Part shown: positions 13,820 to 27,823 of the stretch, piece by piece
Layout: each line of letters starts with the position of its first letter
Position numbering within the stretch: the first letter of the stretch is position 1
Assembly: GCA_964016885.1 (NCBI GenBank)
Contig: OZ024746.1
Location: 54,498,001-54,562,000, forward strand
Reading direction: 5' to 3'
DNA: 64,000 nt
DNA from: Eledone cirrhosa
Lineage: Eukaryota
Translations under genes and position numbers: made by a program
Notes under the pieces: generated by a model
Told to the model about the DNA's origin: nothing
Database searches by the model: none
Seen by the model: the letters and a program-made list of their open reading frames with translations, nothing else

Positions 13820-15967
13820 TTCAAGGAAATGACAAAACAGAGATACAAAAAGTCTTATTAGTTTCATGCTTTATATCGAAAATGGGAAAGAAACTTCGAC
13901 ATTTCGGGCTTTAGGCCTTCACGAGGAGTACAAAAATTGGAGCAGGGTCAATATATATGTATATATAATTATATACAAGCACAAATGCCATATTATTGGG
14001 GTTTGTTTATCATAACACCTTATTAGTCTTTAATGTTCTGTTTGGATCACAAACATTCTTAAAACAATTATCCTTTGAAAACCTTTTCGGGTGCAAATAG
14101 TTGATGTATTATATAGTCGGCAGATAATGATTATAAAAATGCTGTTGTAATTCATAAAATTGACACAACCGGATAAGCAATTGTTTAACAGATAACTATT
14201 GGTATATTTAAGTTTAATTTAAATGTAATCTGCGTGTTGAGTTGTGGCTTTATTTTGCTATTAATAAATATTCCATTGTTAATCTAATATCTTTTATCTG
14301 GAATTCTATAGAGGATGGTTGTGTTATCAACTAATGTTTTCTTTCTATCTATTATTTTATGTCCACTATTAAGATGTGCTGTAAAGACTACATGATTTAT
14401 TAATAGCAAAATACAAACCTCAAAAATCAATACAGAGATACCGCATCGCTCATATAATAGACTATGGAAGTAAGCAGAAGTTAACTGTTAAAAAAATATT
14501 AAAGCGACAATGACGATTTTATCACACCATCATTCTTATGATCCTTTAATGCCTATTACAAAACGCGGCACTAAGACGCCAGTAGCATTTCTTTATTCAG
14601 ATGATGACGCCAGAACGACGTCAAAATGTTATGTTCCAACGAACAATATAATGAAATAATACGGAAATACGAAACATATTTAATATAAAAAAAGAAAATA
14701 AACTCTTTCTTCAAGGTATCATACACATGCACATATATATACATATATATCTATAGGTATCATACAGATACACACATATATATTTATATATATCTATAGG
14801 TATCATACATATACACATTTATATCTATAGATAGATAGATAGCTACATTCCCTGAAGAAAACGTTTATTTGACGTAGAGGCATCAAGACAAGCACATACA
14901 CACGCACCCATACACAAACAAGTACATACGCATACACCCGTATGCATACACATCTAGCCTTAATTCTCACTTTTCTTTAGACTTCACTGATTTTGACCTA
15001 GTTACCTTATTGTCTTCTGAATATCCCAGCATCATCTCTTGAATACAATTTTTTGAAGATTTACCTGGATTTCCACACTCCTGATTGTATCATACTATTA
15101 AACCTTTATCCACCAACATTGTGAACACACAGTACAGTTACAAACTTACTCACTTATACCCACAAACACACTTATACAAATTTCTCACACACAATATATA
15201 CATGCACATAGATATACACATAGGTATACATATATTTCGTCATAAATGCATTTACAATGAGAGACTCATCGACATAGACATACACAAAGATATATACACA
15301 TATTTCGTTATACATGCACTTACAGTAAGAGACTCATGCATATAGACATACACACACATATACTCATATTTCGTTATACATGCAATGAAACACAATCTAT
15401 ACATCTACACGCCCAATGAACTTCCATACACGTGTTCACTGGTTCACTCACACACATGCTACGATTGACAAACACGAACAATACATAAGCTGACACGAAC
15501 AGCTATACAAACACATATACTTGACGCATGCACTCGCTCACAGCTAGATCAACACATGCCTACAGACACATATATTGAATAGGGAGGCGTACTTCCTCGA
15601 CGCACTGCATTTCAATGACACACATATACCACACTCATCCACCAGCAGCATACAATCTCTCTAAACTACTTCACCATTCTTGGTGACACTACCCTCGTTT
15701 CCTTTCTCATCCCCTCGTCTCTCTCCTAACATCAGCCCCGCTTCTTTTCTAGTGAAGATCTAACACGTTATACGTTGAAGACATATCTCTATGAAATACA
15801 TCATTTTTTTTAATTTATGTCCGGGTTTCATTGTAATTTTTGACACTGCACATTCTCTCTCTCTCTCACTCTCTCTCTCTTTCTCTCTCTCTAATATACA
15901 CCTTTTATATTGCGGCAACAACTTCGAATCATACCCAATATTATATATATATATATATATATTTATA

Positions 15968-16278
15968 TCATCATCATCATCATCATTTACGTCTGTTTTT
16001 CCCTGTTTGCGAGGGTAGGACGGGAACTGATTCTGGGTTGATTTCTACAGTTGGATGCCCTTCCTAACACCAACCTCATTTACAGTGAGTTCTGTGTGCT
16101 TTTTTGCCGTGGCACCGCCACGACCATTTTGCAATGGAAAGATATGGACTCCAGCGCCTATCATCTCATTTCTACAGCTGAGTAAACTGGAGCAATGTGA
16201 AATAAAGTGTCTTGCTCAAGGAAACGACACATCATCCGGTCTGCGAATTGAACTCACAACCTTTCGATTGCAAAGCCA
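15968..16278 (-). mobile_element. tRNA-derived SINE, family S2, with (GAT)n tail
   Basis: B box gagttcaattc, core tccttgagcaagacactttatttcac, 3' ggttggtgttaggaagggcatccaactgtagaaa. Confidence 0.75.
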
Positions 16279-16407
16279 ATATATATATATATATATATTG
16301 GGGACAATGTGTGAGATCCTTGGTACAGTTAGGTATATTTGAAAAGAAAAGTAAAAGAATGACTTCACTTGTAGTGTTAAAAAATTTGATTTAATTTTAT
16401 AATATTA

Positions 16408-17270
16408 CTAGCAGTAAAGCCCGGCGTTGCTCGGGGTCGCTCAGTAGCTGTGTTAAAGTTACAATGTTAAGTTTCTTTCTTGGCTTAAAAACTGTAGTGT
16501 CTACTGTGCAGACTTGCATGTGGTGTTTTTGATTAATATTCCCTCAACCAACAATATGCCTTATGAAGTTAAGAAAACATATCGATAACCCGAATGTTAT
16601 AACAAAAGAGGATGCTGGGGATAGAAACTGCACTGGTTATTTATTAACAAAGATCGAAAATGTAAACACTGCAACGCAGAGAAAAACATTAGCGTAACCA
16701 AATTATCAGTTATGTCTGTCTGCACGCCTATATCACCTCTCTGCACGACTGTCTGTCTGCACGCCTATATCACCTCTCTGCACGCCTGTCTGTCTGCACG
16801 CCTATATCACCTCTCTGCACGACTGTCTGTCTGCACGCCTAACGACGAAATATTTGCTTGTTTTACGTAGTCTTTAAATAGACTTGTTTTCAAGTAAATA
16901 TATTGTTTTAAAATGCTTTTAAATGGAAATGAAGCAAAACGGAAGCTTAGTGTTCGAACTGATGAATTTTGCAGGTCAATATTTTGCTGGCTCGACAACT
17001 GTTAAAGCCAGCGTAATTTTTTACGTAAGACGCTCAATGTAAACAGAACAAAGGGAAATAACTGATCACTTACGCTCAAAAATCGATACATTATATTCGA
17101 TTTCGTCACATAGGGTGGGTGAATTTGAAATTTTTTTTTTCCCCGATGTCTTCGCTAGGGCTCAATGTACAAGTATAGCAATTTGGGTGCAATTCCGTGA
17201 GAGATTCTAAGAGGAGATGTGTGCCAAAAATCGATAGACAGACAGACAACCACAGTTTTATATATATAGA
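16408..17270 (-). mobile_element. Non-autonomous Helitron with internal 37-bp minisatellite (16713-16840)
   Basis: Minus strand reads A|TCtatatatataaaactg... and ends cccgagcaacgccggg hairpin, ctttactgCTAG|T; canonical Helitron ends at an AT site. Confidence 0.85.
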
Positions 17271-17670
17271 TAGATAATATAAAATGTAATCAAATAGTGT
17301 TTATATATATGTATATATATATAAAATGTGGAGAAGGAGCAAACGAGTTGGAATATATATATATTTAAATAGGGAGGATAAGACGATTATTAGGAAGAAA
17401 TATCTTTTTGTATTTTACATGCATGCCCCACGTGTAACTATCGCATACACTAACTACTTCAAACTATCCTCTTGCATTATCTTCGTAAACTGCCGATGTT
17501 GTATTTTAACTTTAATTTTGTTTTAATATGATTTTCATTTTTGAATGTAAATTGCCATGCTAAAATATTATAATGGATGTCACCCCACTGTGCATGGATA
17601 TATACATATGTTTCTGTATGTCTCTTGTGTTGGAAAGGAGGTCATGTATGTAAACAATCTTTGAAAAATT

Positions 17671-17715
17671 GCTCCGAAGACGCCAAACCTCGGTTTGGAC
17701 GAAACAATTGTAAGC
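17671..17715 (+). ncRNA. Minimal hammerhead-like motif (U4C variant)
   Basis: gct-CCGAAGA-cg-ccaaacc(tc)ggtttgg-ac-GAAA-caattg-TA-agc; palindromic stem III acaattgt. Confidence 0.6.
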
Positions 17716-17750
17716 TAATAAATGGTTTGAACAGAACTTTGATTCATGTG

Positions 17751-17819
<69 letters not shown>

Positions 17820-17964
17820 TAAGTATGCTTTTGAAACAGCGAGCTAGTTCCAAATTAGAACTAGCAGCTTTCGCTGTTTATTTTGACAAAATCATCTTTT
17901 AAACCTGATAGTGGGGTTTAGAGCCCTCTAGGAAATGGAAAAAGATGAGTCTTGACGCGTAAGA

Positions 17965-18006
<42 letters not shown>

Positions 18007-18279
18007 GAGGGAGAGAGAGAGAACCAGTTACCAGATGCACACATAAATATTTAAATTCAAAAACCTACTAAGTATTATTTAGCGGCCGCTAGGCACTTGC
18101 AAAAGGATTAGGGAAGGTCTCCCGAAAATGTCAACGACCCTGATACAAAATACCCAGGTATGCTTTTAAAGCGGTTCCAAAAGGAAACCCACAGAATGTA
18201 GATGTCGAACCACCCATGTGGAGATCCAAAAGCACCTAGAGCGTAAGTACCACTCCTTGTTTGTTAACCAGCCAATATG

Positions 18280-19765
18280 GCATTTGTAATTGTAGGATGT
18301 GTAAATGAACGTGGTCTTGGGTCGCCCTAGAATTAAGTTCGCATGATCAACGACCTCTGGTCACTAGATATGGATGTGACTGCCGTCAGCGAGACGGTCA
18401 TTCCCGACAGGCGCTCACTAAGTTCTACATTTGAAGACTATGAGATCTACCATCTCTCAATTGACCTCTCAAATAAGGCGGGGTGACAGTGCTATTTAGG
18501 AGAGGCCAGCATATCGAAGTACAGAAAGTAAGAGGTGAGCATTAATGAAGATGATCACTTTAGATTGGTGGCTGTCAACGCCCCGACCGTGGTTGAATGG
18601 CTGACTTTTTTCAGGCGCCTATACTCCTTTCTAGGTACGTGCAATCCATTACTGTTAGCGGTAGACCGGAACAACATCTTAGACGCACGCTGGAATTGTG
18701 TGAAAGTGCAAAAGCCCCTCGCAGCTGAAAGGGCAGTTCCAAGTGTCTGAGAGGTACCGATTAGGTTTTCTGAATGCGTATGTGTGGAACTAAAATATTT
18801 GCATAAAGTTGATTGCAAATAGATAGATTTTTCATTAGCAGATGGAGATTGCTTAGTGTCCACAATTTCACACGGCCTCCTAATCAGGCCAAACATTCAC
18901 GATCTTCATGCTCAACCTAGATAGAATAGGCAGACAGGGACCTGGTTACTGGAAGCTTTCTGTGTCTATAGTGACCGAATTAGCAAATTAGTTAAGCAAA
19001 GAGGGGCTGTTAAGTGAGGTGCAAACTTGCGCAAACCTAACCAGGTCCATACACGAGAACCTTTTTCGCTATAGCCACCAGGCAGAGGAATAGTGCCTCA
19101 GCTTCTTCACAAAAAGAAGGTGACGGGGTGATCTTCATGGTCGATAACCGGATCTGTTCTACAGGCGTTAATAATAGTTTGACAAAAATCTACATGTCAC
19201 TAATGCACGGACTCTGGACGAGTGCATACTGAAGGGTTTCGTCGCTATGCACACATCTTAGACACTTCCATGCCCGTTGAGTTTATATCGAACCAGTAAG
19301 GCCTCCCAGTATCACTGGACGTAGTTGAAAGAAATGAAGACAGACACTTTCGTCGTCGTCCAATTTCTCATTAACCTTTTCCAAGTACCACTTTGAAAGG
19401 AAAGTGACGAGCGAGAGGGTTATGCTGCATCCCAGTGTATTTGTTGAATGGTGGTTGAATGTAGCGAAGATGCCCCGTGGGAATTAGCCTACTCTGACCA
19501 TACACTTGGAGTAGGGTGTTTTTAGAGAGTAGTGTGGTTTAGGATCGGTGGTGGAATTCCTGAGTCACTCTTAGGTGGTTCCCCCCCCCCCCATATTGGG
19601 GATTTTACATTGTTATATTTTTATTCTTATTTGTTATTTTTATATCTTTTTTTTACTCGATTTATTTTTTTGCAAACCCTACTGTCCTTGTTTTTGTATT
19701 GTTCCCTATATATCGGCCCGTGTGGCCAATAAAGTAATTATTATTATTATTAACATTATTATTAT
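18280..19765 (+). pseudogene. Old internally deleted Tx1/L1-clade LINE relic (APE region plus 3' end), related to 56630-62503
   Basis: HFRLVAVNAPT...FFRRLYSFLGT...NILDARWNCV matches AFRLVAVYAPT...FFLRLETFLGT...GILDARWDCV; similar 3' UTR ending aataaa plus (TTA)n. Confidence 0.85.
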
Positions 19766-20189
19766 TTTGTTAGTGTATTTTATTAATGATTCTATGCTAT
19801 ATTTTTAGCATTTCCTCTTTGTGTGTATATGTGCAAGAGTTTATATGCATGTGTTTGTTTACGCATCCATTTATGTGAGTGTGTGAACGTGTAAGCATTT
19901 ATATCTTCATGTGTGAGCGCGCGTTTGTGTGAGTGTACGTATGTGGAAATGTCCTTATATGGTGTGCAATTATGTATGCGGGATTGAGCGTATTGCCTTT
20001 ATGCTTATGTCTATGTGTGTATTTGAGTGTGTGTTTATGTTCTCTCTGTATGAGTTTTATTTTCCGAGTTTAGGTATTCTTCCATACAAAATAGAAATTT
20101 AATTAAATATGCAAATAACCTTTCACATTGATTTCCTTGTTTCTTGCTTCAGTTGGCATCGATTTTTTCTCTACTATTTTCTTCTGGTC

Positions 20190-21260
20190 GTCCCCAGTAA
20201 GACCCAGCCAGCTGCTCCACCTTCTACCTCTTTCACATTATAACACCACAACGCCAATAGTAAGTCCCACCCACCTTCTATCTCCATTATATCCCTACCT
20301 CAGTAAATGACACTCACCCCCCCCCCCCCATTCTTCTGCTTCTTCACATTACTATAACACTATCACAGTAATACCTCCTACATTCCCATCCTCCATTTCC
20401 CTCGTGTCACTACATTACAACCTCAATAAGTCCTCGTACCCCACACGCCACCTCCGTTATATTCCTCCATGATTCCCTCTATAATAAGTTCCACCAATCT
20501 CCTTTATTTGTGACATCAATACACCAAGTCCTACAGACACTCCATTCCCCCCTGCCATACAACAGCCACGTCGCTCCTTCATTAAGTTCCATACACCAAT
20601 TCTCTGTTTCTGCCACACAATCACATCACTACAACTTTACAATACAGAAACATCCACCATCTATCTCCATCACATCATTACAACTCTATCACAATCGTAA
20701 GGGTCGAGCCACTCATTATTCATCTCAGTCACTGAAGCATTTCACTACCACAATTACACCTAGGCATCCCCATCAGTTTCCATCACATCTCTATGTTACC
20801 AAGTTCAACATATTCTCGAACTTCATCACTAGACCACTATGTCACCAATTCCAATGCTATTTACCTCCTTAAAGCACTACACACACTCTTGTGTCACAAA
20901 TCCACAACGCCTTTAAAAATGACAAGTTGGATACTACTGTCTTGAGTTCTCTGAACATAGATAAAAATCAAGATGGTCATACATAGAAAATCAACTGTAA
21001 TATAAGACTAAACAACAACAATAGACACACTATTTCATAAAAACACTCTAACACCAGGTCACACCAAGACGACACACCATATCACGATGATACAATAATA
21101 CGACCTTCATACAGCACCATAATTCCACAGTAACACGCTGCCTTATCATTATAGAATCACAACACCACATTATCACACCTCCCCACATTTACACCATCAC
21201 AACATTACACATATACACCTTTCCACAATTACAACGCCATCGCCTACATAACCATCAAAA
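20190..21260. repeat. Strand-asymmetric C/A-rich low-complexity region
   Basis: G-poor, CAC/CAT-rich composition with no clear unit. Confidence 0.5.
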
Positions 21261-22532
21261 AGAACTATTCGATTAATTGCCGGGTGGGTGCACTGATTTT
21301 AAAGTTTAAGACTTTCGTGATCCTATTTCTAATGAAACACACCCTATTGCAACTAACTTTTGAAACATCTTGAAGGATTTACCAAAATTATTATTTTACG
21401 ACTAATTTAGTATTGTCAAATACAGTTCTTGTATGAAATTGTGTTGGAAGATTTGAATTTTAATAGGAACACTTTTAAAACGAGTATTCTTTTTTTCAAA
21501 GAACCATAACTAATTTTGTCCGGGCCAGCGCAAAAGTGTTAAAGATATTCTTAATCCCATTATATTTTTAACTAATTTAACTTGACTTAATATTAATTTT
21601 CCACTAAATATTCATCATTGTAATTTATTTCTGTTTATTTAATTACATTATTAAGTATCCAATATTTGATTAATCGCCTGGCATTCAAATCATATATTTA
21701 TTTTTAATTTATTTTCTAACAGTTCATCGTAACATAACAAAATATAAAGGAACAAACAAACGAGAATTTGATCTTATCAGTCAACAATAATCTTGTGACG
21801 TAAGTCCTTTTCTATGTTATTCAAAGATCTATAAATTTTGTTTTTAATTTCAAATATAATATGTTACAATTGCGAAATATTTACATCCAGCAAGTTTAAA
21901 TTAATTTATCTTGACTGTTTTGAACTGACATGATTTGTACATCTACTTTTGATAACCAAAACAACAAAAACGAAAACAACAAATAAAATTACACTTCACA
22001 AATATGCAGATCTATTTAGCTGGAATCATACGAGGCTACATTTCATAGAAGGTTTATTGAGTCTTTTAATGATAGGTGCCCCAGTTTTAACATAAAAAGT
22101 AAAGAAAAAAGAAGTATCTTGCTTAAAAATCCAACGAGCCACTCGTTCGAGGAGTTGAATTTAAGCACATGTTCGTCAGTTCTATACCCGTGAAATCTTG
22201 GCCAAGAACCTTCACATCTGACCAATTTACACTATTATCAAACATTAGTAGCATTATCTAATTACCGTCACGTTAAACTTCATACTGAGATACCCCAGTG
22301 AGAGAATATGCTCCGAAATCATTAGACGTGTCCGTCGAACCTGCGGGTCCAGAATCAGACAGATCCACACACTGATTACGTCTCGAGCTGTCCGCCGGCG
22401 AAACAATTGTAACACACAATAAATTGAGTTCAGATGCATCACTGATTTTTCGTTTTCTATTCTATGATACTCTGTAAGAGCATAGAGTGCTCAACCGGCA
22501 TACCACCTATGGAAGCATCTTAGCTTCCATCA

Positions 22533-22609
<77 letters not shown>

Positions 22610-23089
22610 ACTAGAAATTGATCGACATATAAATATATCTAAAATAAATATGAAACAATCACTGAGGATAATTTGTAAAAGTGTGTAAGCACTCATAGCT
22701 AGGTAGGTAACTAAATAAAGTTTAACTAGAACTTCAAAAATAGATATCTTATAAATTGATTAATCTTCATTGTATATATTCAATTAAAGAAATATATTTC
22801 ACCAATTAATCGATTGGTAAACGACAGTAACCAGATCCTGGATTTTCATCAAGGAAGGGGTCCACCCATCTGTGTTTACGCATCAAATTCAAATCAGCGA
22901 CTGGCTAGTAACACGTGCTGTATTTATTAAAAATACACACATCTCACCAGCTTCGTCCCAGTGGCGTGAATAGGGTTATCGACAACTAGAAATAGCAGTC
23001 AATTCCTTTCAACTGAGTTAGCTCTACAATTAAGGGGCCGTATTTATATATATATATATATATAGAAGGAGAAAGAGAGAGCGAGAGAG

Positions 23090-23140
<51 letters not shown>

Positions 23141-23388
23141 AGGGGGAGAAAGTGATTAAAGTAAAGAGAAATATTTAGAAATATCCTAACAGGATATAAA
23201 TGTTGTCATGAATTTTCGTCCCGGAAGCCCAATGTGTGGAGTTGCAGCGTGGAGTAGAGTGTGGTGCTTTTATATTCAGGAAGTATGAAACTTCGAATTT
23301 TAAAGTGTTTCATAAAACACTTGCGGTTTCTAAGAGCTAATTAAGTGTTTTTCTATTATAACACTTTAACAATAGTAATGGTGAAGTC

Positions 23389-23495
23389 ACGTGGCCGACC
23401 GGTTAGGTTATTCAACTCATGATCATAAGATCGTGGGCTCAATACTCAGACTAGGTTACGCATGTTCGTCTTAGGCAAGGCACTTCAATTCTAGT
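23389..23495 (+). mobile_element. Decayed SINE S2 head
   Basis: gtggccgaccggttag (A box), gggctcaatactc (B box-like), cttaggcaaggcacttca core. Confidence 0.55.
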
Positions 23496-23769
23496 TGAAG
23501 CTTTTAACATAGTTATAACAGTATATATATATATTTGTATTCATTCTCTCTATATTCATGCTCACTATTTACGCTATGTTATTTCGTAACTACCATTAGC
23601 ATTACATACGCACATACAAACACACAAAAACGTGTATGTGTGTGTATGTGTGTATGTGTGTATGTGTGTGTGTGTGTGTGTGTGCTTCTGTATATACAGA
23701 GATAGTTAGATAAATATATATATATTTATATATATTTCGAGAGAGAAAGATTGAGATAGATAGGTAGAT

Positions 23770-23832
<63 letters not shown>

Positions 23833-24243
23833 GAGAGAGAGCGAGAGAGAGAATACCATTGGTAGAGAACATTTATTTCTTACATGAGCGACACGCACAC
23901 AGACACACATACATACACATATTTTTATCATACTTTCAAAATTTTGTTCAATGTATTCTAAACAACAACAATAAAAAATCAGAATGATTTTGACAGTCCG
24001 GCTGTAAGAGACTAACAAGAGAAAATAAAATTGCTCTACAATTATTAAAATATAAATATTTCTGAGTATCATGGTGTTAATTATAAATTTGGATGATGTC
24101 TTATCCTGCTGGGAAATAACAATATCAACGACAAATCCAGTTTTATTTAAGAAAATCATATCTTCATTTTAATTACATTAAATATCGATTTCTTACTTCT
24201 ACAAAATCACGTCTTCATTTTGAAACTAATCTTCTAACTCATA

Positions 24244-24380
24244 GGCGGCGAATTGGCAGAGTCATTAGAGCGTCAGATGAAATGCCTCTATATATATTTT
24301 GGCCCACTGCCTTGTAATTGCGAATCCAACCAAGATCAATCTTACTGTTTATATTTTTGAGGTGGATAAATAAAGTACCA
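24244..24380 (+). mobile_element. Diverged SINE S1
   Basis: ggcggcgaattggcagagtc head and gaggtggataaataaagtacc body. Confidence 0.65.
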
Positions 24381-24404
24381 ATCTAAATAAATTTAAATAA
24401 AATT

Positions 24405-24615
24405 TGTCGATCGACTTTCGTCAAATCGGACCGAGGAAACAATCTTTCCGTTGGTCTTTCCAATTGCTAATACAATCTATCGGTCGCAAGGTAGAAGGAG
24501 CAACATGAAATAAAGTGTCGTGTTCAAGGACATAATGCATCACCCGGTCCAGGAATCGAACCGACGACATCACGATTGCGAATCCAGTTCTCTAAGCAAT
24601 CAGCCACACGCCTTC
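24405..24615 (-). mobile_element. SINE S2-type copy
   Basis: Reverse complement of 42903-43072; B box ggttcgattcc. Confidence 0.75.
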
Positions 24616-24919
24616 ACACCAATCTAAGAGATGGTGGATTTGTATCTGTTTCGGCTTTGTGCGGTCTGATTTTAAATCACTCCTACTTCTGCCAGGGTGG
24701 CAGCCGGCAGATATTATTAGCTATAGGTGTCGATAAAATAAAGTACCAATATTGTACTGAGGGTCGATTTAATCGACATTCCCTTTCCCTTCAAGTTGCT
24801 GACCTTGAAGCGAAAGTATAAACAATTATTAGCAATAGTAATACTAATGAAGACTGATCTCTTTCCATTGTATACTTTAAACAGGATTTTTAACAAAACA
24901 TAAATAACAGAAAATTTGA

Positions 24920-25275
24920 GAGAGTTCTTCTTTGCCCACTTATTCCTAAGAGTGTCGTGGGGGAAGAGTCCTCAAGCACTCCTTCCAACGGGGTCAGAAG
25001 TAGCCGTCTCTAACTGATCCAGCTGGATCCCCATGCGTGACCAACCAGGCTCATGGATGTTATCCAACTATCTTGTTCGGGGTCTACCCCTGGGTCTCTT
25101 AACTGTTGGTTTTGCCCGTAAAATCTGTACAGCGATACCTTCCTGTGACATTCTAACCACATGTCCATAGAATCGGAGCTGTGATCTCTCAATTCTGAAA
25201 AGTAACGGCTCTACCTGGAGTGACTCTCTGATCCCCATGTTACGCACTTTATCGAATATATGAGAGAGTTCGCTG
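24920..25275 (-). pseudogene. 3' fragment of an RTE-clade LINE (Expander/Rex3-like)
   Basis: DKVRNMGIRESLQVEPLLFRIERSQLRFYGHVVRM...RPRGRPRTR is the characteristic RTE C-terminus. Confidence 0.85.
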
Positions 25276-26321
25276 CCTAAATACTCACAATGCATAGATT
25301 TTGTATTATAATCATTATATCGGAAAAAACTTGATTTGGTTAGTTATTTAGTTACTCGGTTTATGCAGGTTCTTAGTTGAGTATAGTTAAATTATAGTCG
25401 TCATTTCCATTTCTAGACAGAATCAGGTGATGTGCCGTGTCCTTGAGCATGACGCTTCATTTACATTGATATAGCTAACTCCGATGAAAATAATGTTTAC
25501 CAACAGCATACATAAATACCCGCACACATATATACATACATTCAAAGATATACACATACATATGTATATGGGTGTATAGTGTAATTTGAATAATTTTCGG
25601 GTAACGGCAAATAGGTTTGTGTAATTGAATCATCACCTGTAAATTCTACTGCTAGGTAAACTAACAGCATTGTGAAGGCACGAATTATGATCTTTTTAAT
25701 GGACAATTTACAATGTAAACACGAAGATTACTTGAACAATAAATATAAGATGAAGATTGTTGTTTAAGATTTTTACTGTTGATATTTGCTGTTTCTGCTA
25801 GAAAATTACATTCACAACTGTAGCTAAATTTAACGTCGTGGCAATTGACTGATTTATAATATTTATAATTTTTCTGAAAGTGATTATCTAAGAAAACAAA
25901 CATTTACTGAAATTTGTTGCAATAATTTTCATCACTGCTGAAAGTAGAACAATCGTTTAATGCGTTGTTACACGCTCCAGAAACAGTGGTTCCTAGAGTG
26001 ATCGACATCGTGACCCCAGTGTCAATGGTGTCCAGTGAGCCAAACGAAATCCTGGGTTCAAAAGAAAGTGGGTTGCATAAAATACGGTCATATATAAGAT
26101 CCTTAGAACAATTCCTGATTTATATGTAATTCTTCTTCTTCTTCTTCTTCTTCTTCTTCTTCTTCTTCTTCTTCTTCTTTCTATACCCATATGGCTGCTG
26201 GCCCCCTTTTTTTGTCCATAGGAGGGAGAAGGGTTTTACCTGATGTTTCAAGCTATTATTTCTAAAAATCATCTATTATCAGTTATTTTAAGCGTTCCAA
26301 ATTCCCACACCTACTAAAAGA

Positions 26322-26382
<61 letters not shown>

Positions 26383-26428
26383 AAATAAAATAAATAAGTC
26401 AAATGTTTAAAATTTGGCTTCGTTTATT

Positions 26429-26483
26429 ACTGCTATATATATTTCGGTGACAGCCATCTTTGGCTGTGACCTTTTCAGGCAGT
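26429..26483 (-). ncRNA. Minimal hammerhead motif with G8A core change, in a (TA)n-flanked short element
   Basis: rc: actgc-CTGAAAA-ggtcacagcca(aaga)tggctgtcacc-GAAA-tatata-TA-gcagt; perfect 5-bp stem I and long stem II. Confidence 0.7.
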
Positions 26484-26593
26484 CCGAATTAGTGTGGTAG
26501 AGACGAGTACACATGTTGTTGAGGTGTTTAACTTTGTCAATACTCTGATATGCCCAGTACCTGGTTGGGTTGTTGTTTCACTGAGGAACTGGA

Positions 26594-26654
<61 letters not shown>

Positions 26655-26659
<5 letters not shown>

Positions 26660-26840
26660 CTAGTCGGAACCCCACCGGCTGAGTTCTTGCCGTTTCAACA
26701 GCTAGTTTCAGACGGAACTCTCAGGAGCTAGTGGTTACAAAGACAAGAGCTCAATTGTCGAGGAGCCGAATCTTTATATGACTATACTCTACTACACAAA
26801 ATATCGAGTTCACTGGGGAGTAATGGTCTAAACATTTTCA
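26655..26840. mobile_element. Diverged family A element between (TA)n runs
   Basis: gccgtttcaacagctagtttcaga is the reverse complement of 4230-4253; tail actctactacacaaaatatcgagt matches 4296-4320. Confidence 0.6.
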
Positions 26841-26854
26841 AATTGAATCCACCT

Positions 26855-26957
<103 letters not shown>

Positions 26958-27104
26958 TAGATAATATGTATATATTATACTATAAACAACTATAAACAAC
27001 TATAAACAGGGAAGTCAGTAATTTATTACTACCTTATTACCAGTAAGATAAATAGCTCAATATAAGAACATCAGTTGTTTTACAGAGCAGTAATATTCAA
27101 CATT

Positions 27105-27142
<38 letters not shown>

Positions 27143-27508
27143 AACAAGCGCTATCGTCAGTACCCTAATAAATAGATTACACCATGCCCTTGCTCACCAG
27201 GGAAATCTTATCTCCTTATAATATATAACCACCAATTTCTCTGTCTGTCTGTCCGACAGTGGGAACACGTGCGCGCGTGGTTGCTATCTCTCTCTCTCCA
27301 GCTATCCCTCTCTTTTAGTCTGTCTGTTTCTCTCACTCTCACTCTTTCTCTTTGTAACACACTAACATTCCTCCCCTCTATCACTGTGACGAATGGGGAG
27401 ATGAAGGAGGAGGAGGAGGAGGAGGAGGAGGAGGAGAGAGTCACTTCGTCACTTCACCTCTGCCTTTCTTTCTCTCCCCTCTCACTCCCTCATTACGTAC
27501 AGACATTA

Positions 27509-27701
27509 GGGCGGTGGATTGGCAGAATCCGTAGAGAGTCGGACACCATGCTTCATATCATGGAGTTACGTCCCTTTACGGTCTGAGTTCAAATACCGCC
27601 GAGGTTAACTTTGCCTTTCCTCCTCACGGGGTCGATAAAATAAAGTACCAGTAATGTACTGGGTAATTGCTGGCCTTGTGCTAAAAGTAGAAACAATTAT
27701 T
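27509..27701 (+). mobile_element. SINE S1
   Basis: Full head, body and tail match. Confidence 0.9.
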
Positions 27702-27823
27702 AGAAACGTTGCTTCATTTTTACATATCTAAGCATTAGTAAAATAACTAATAATTTCAAAAGTAATTGTTCAATTCCAATTGTTATGAACAGCAAAACAA
27801 TAATAATAATGTTGTTCTAAGAA

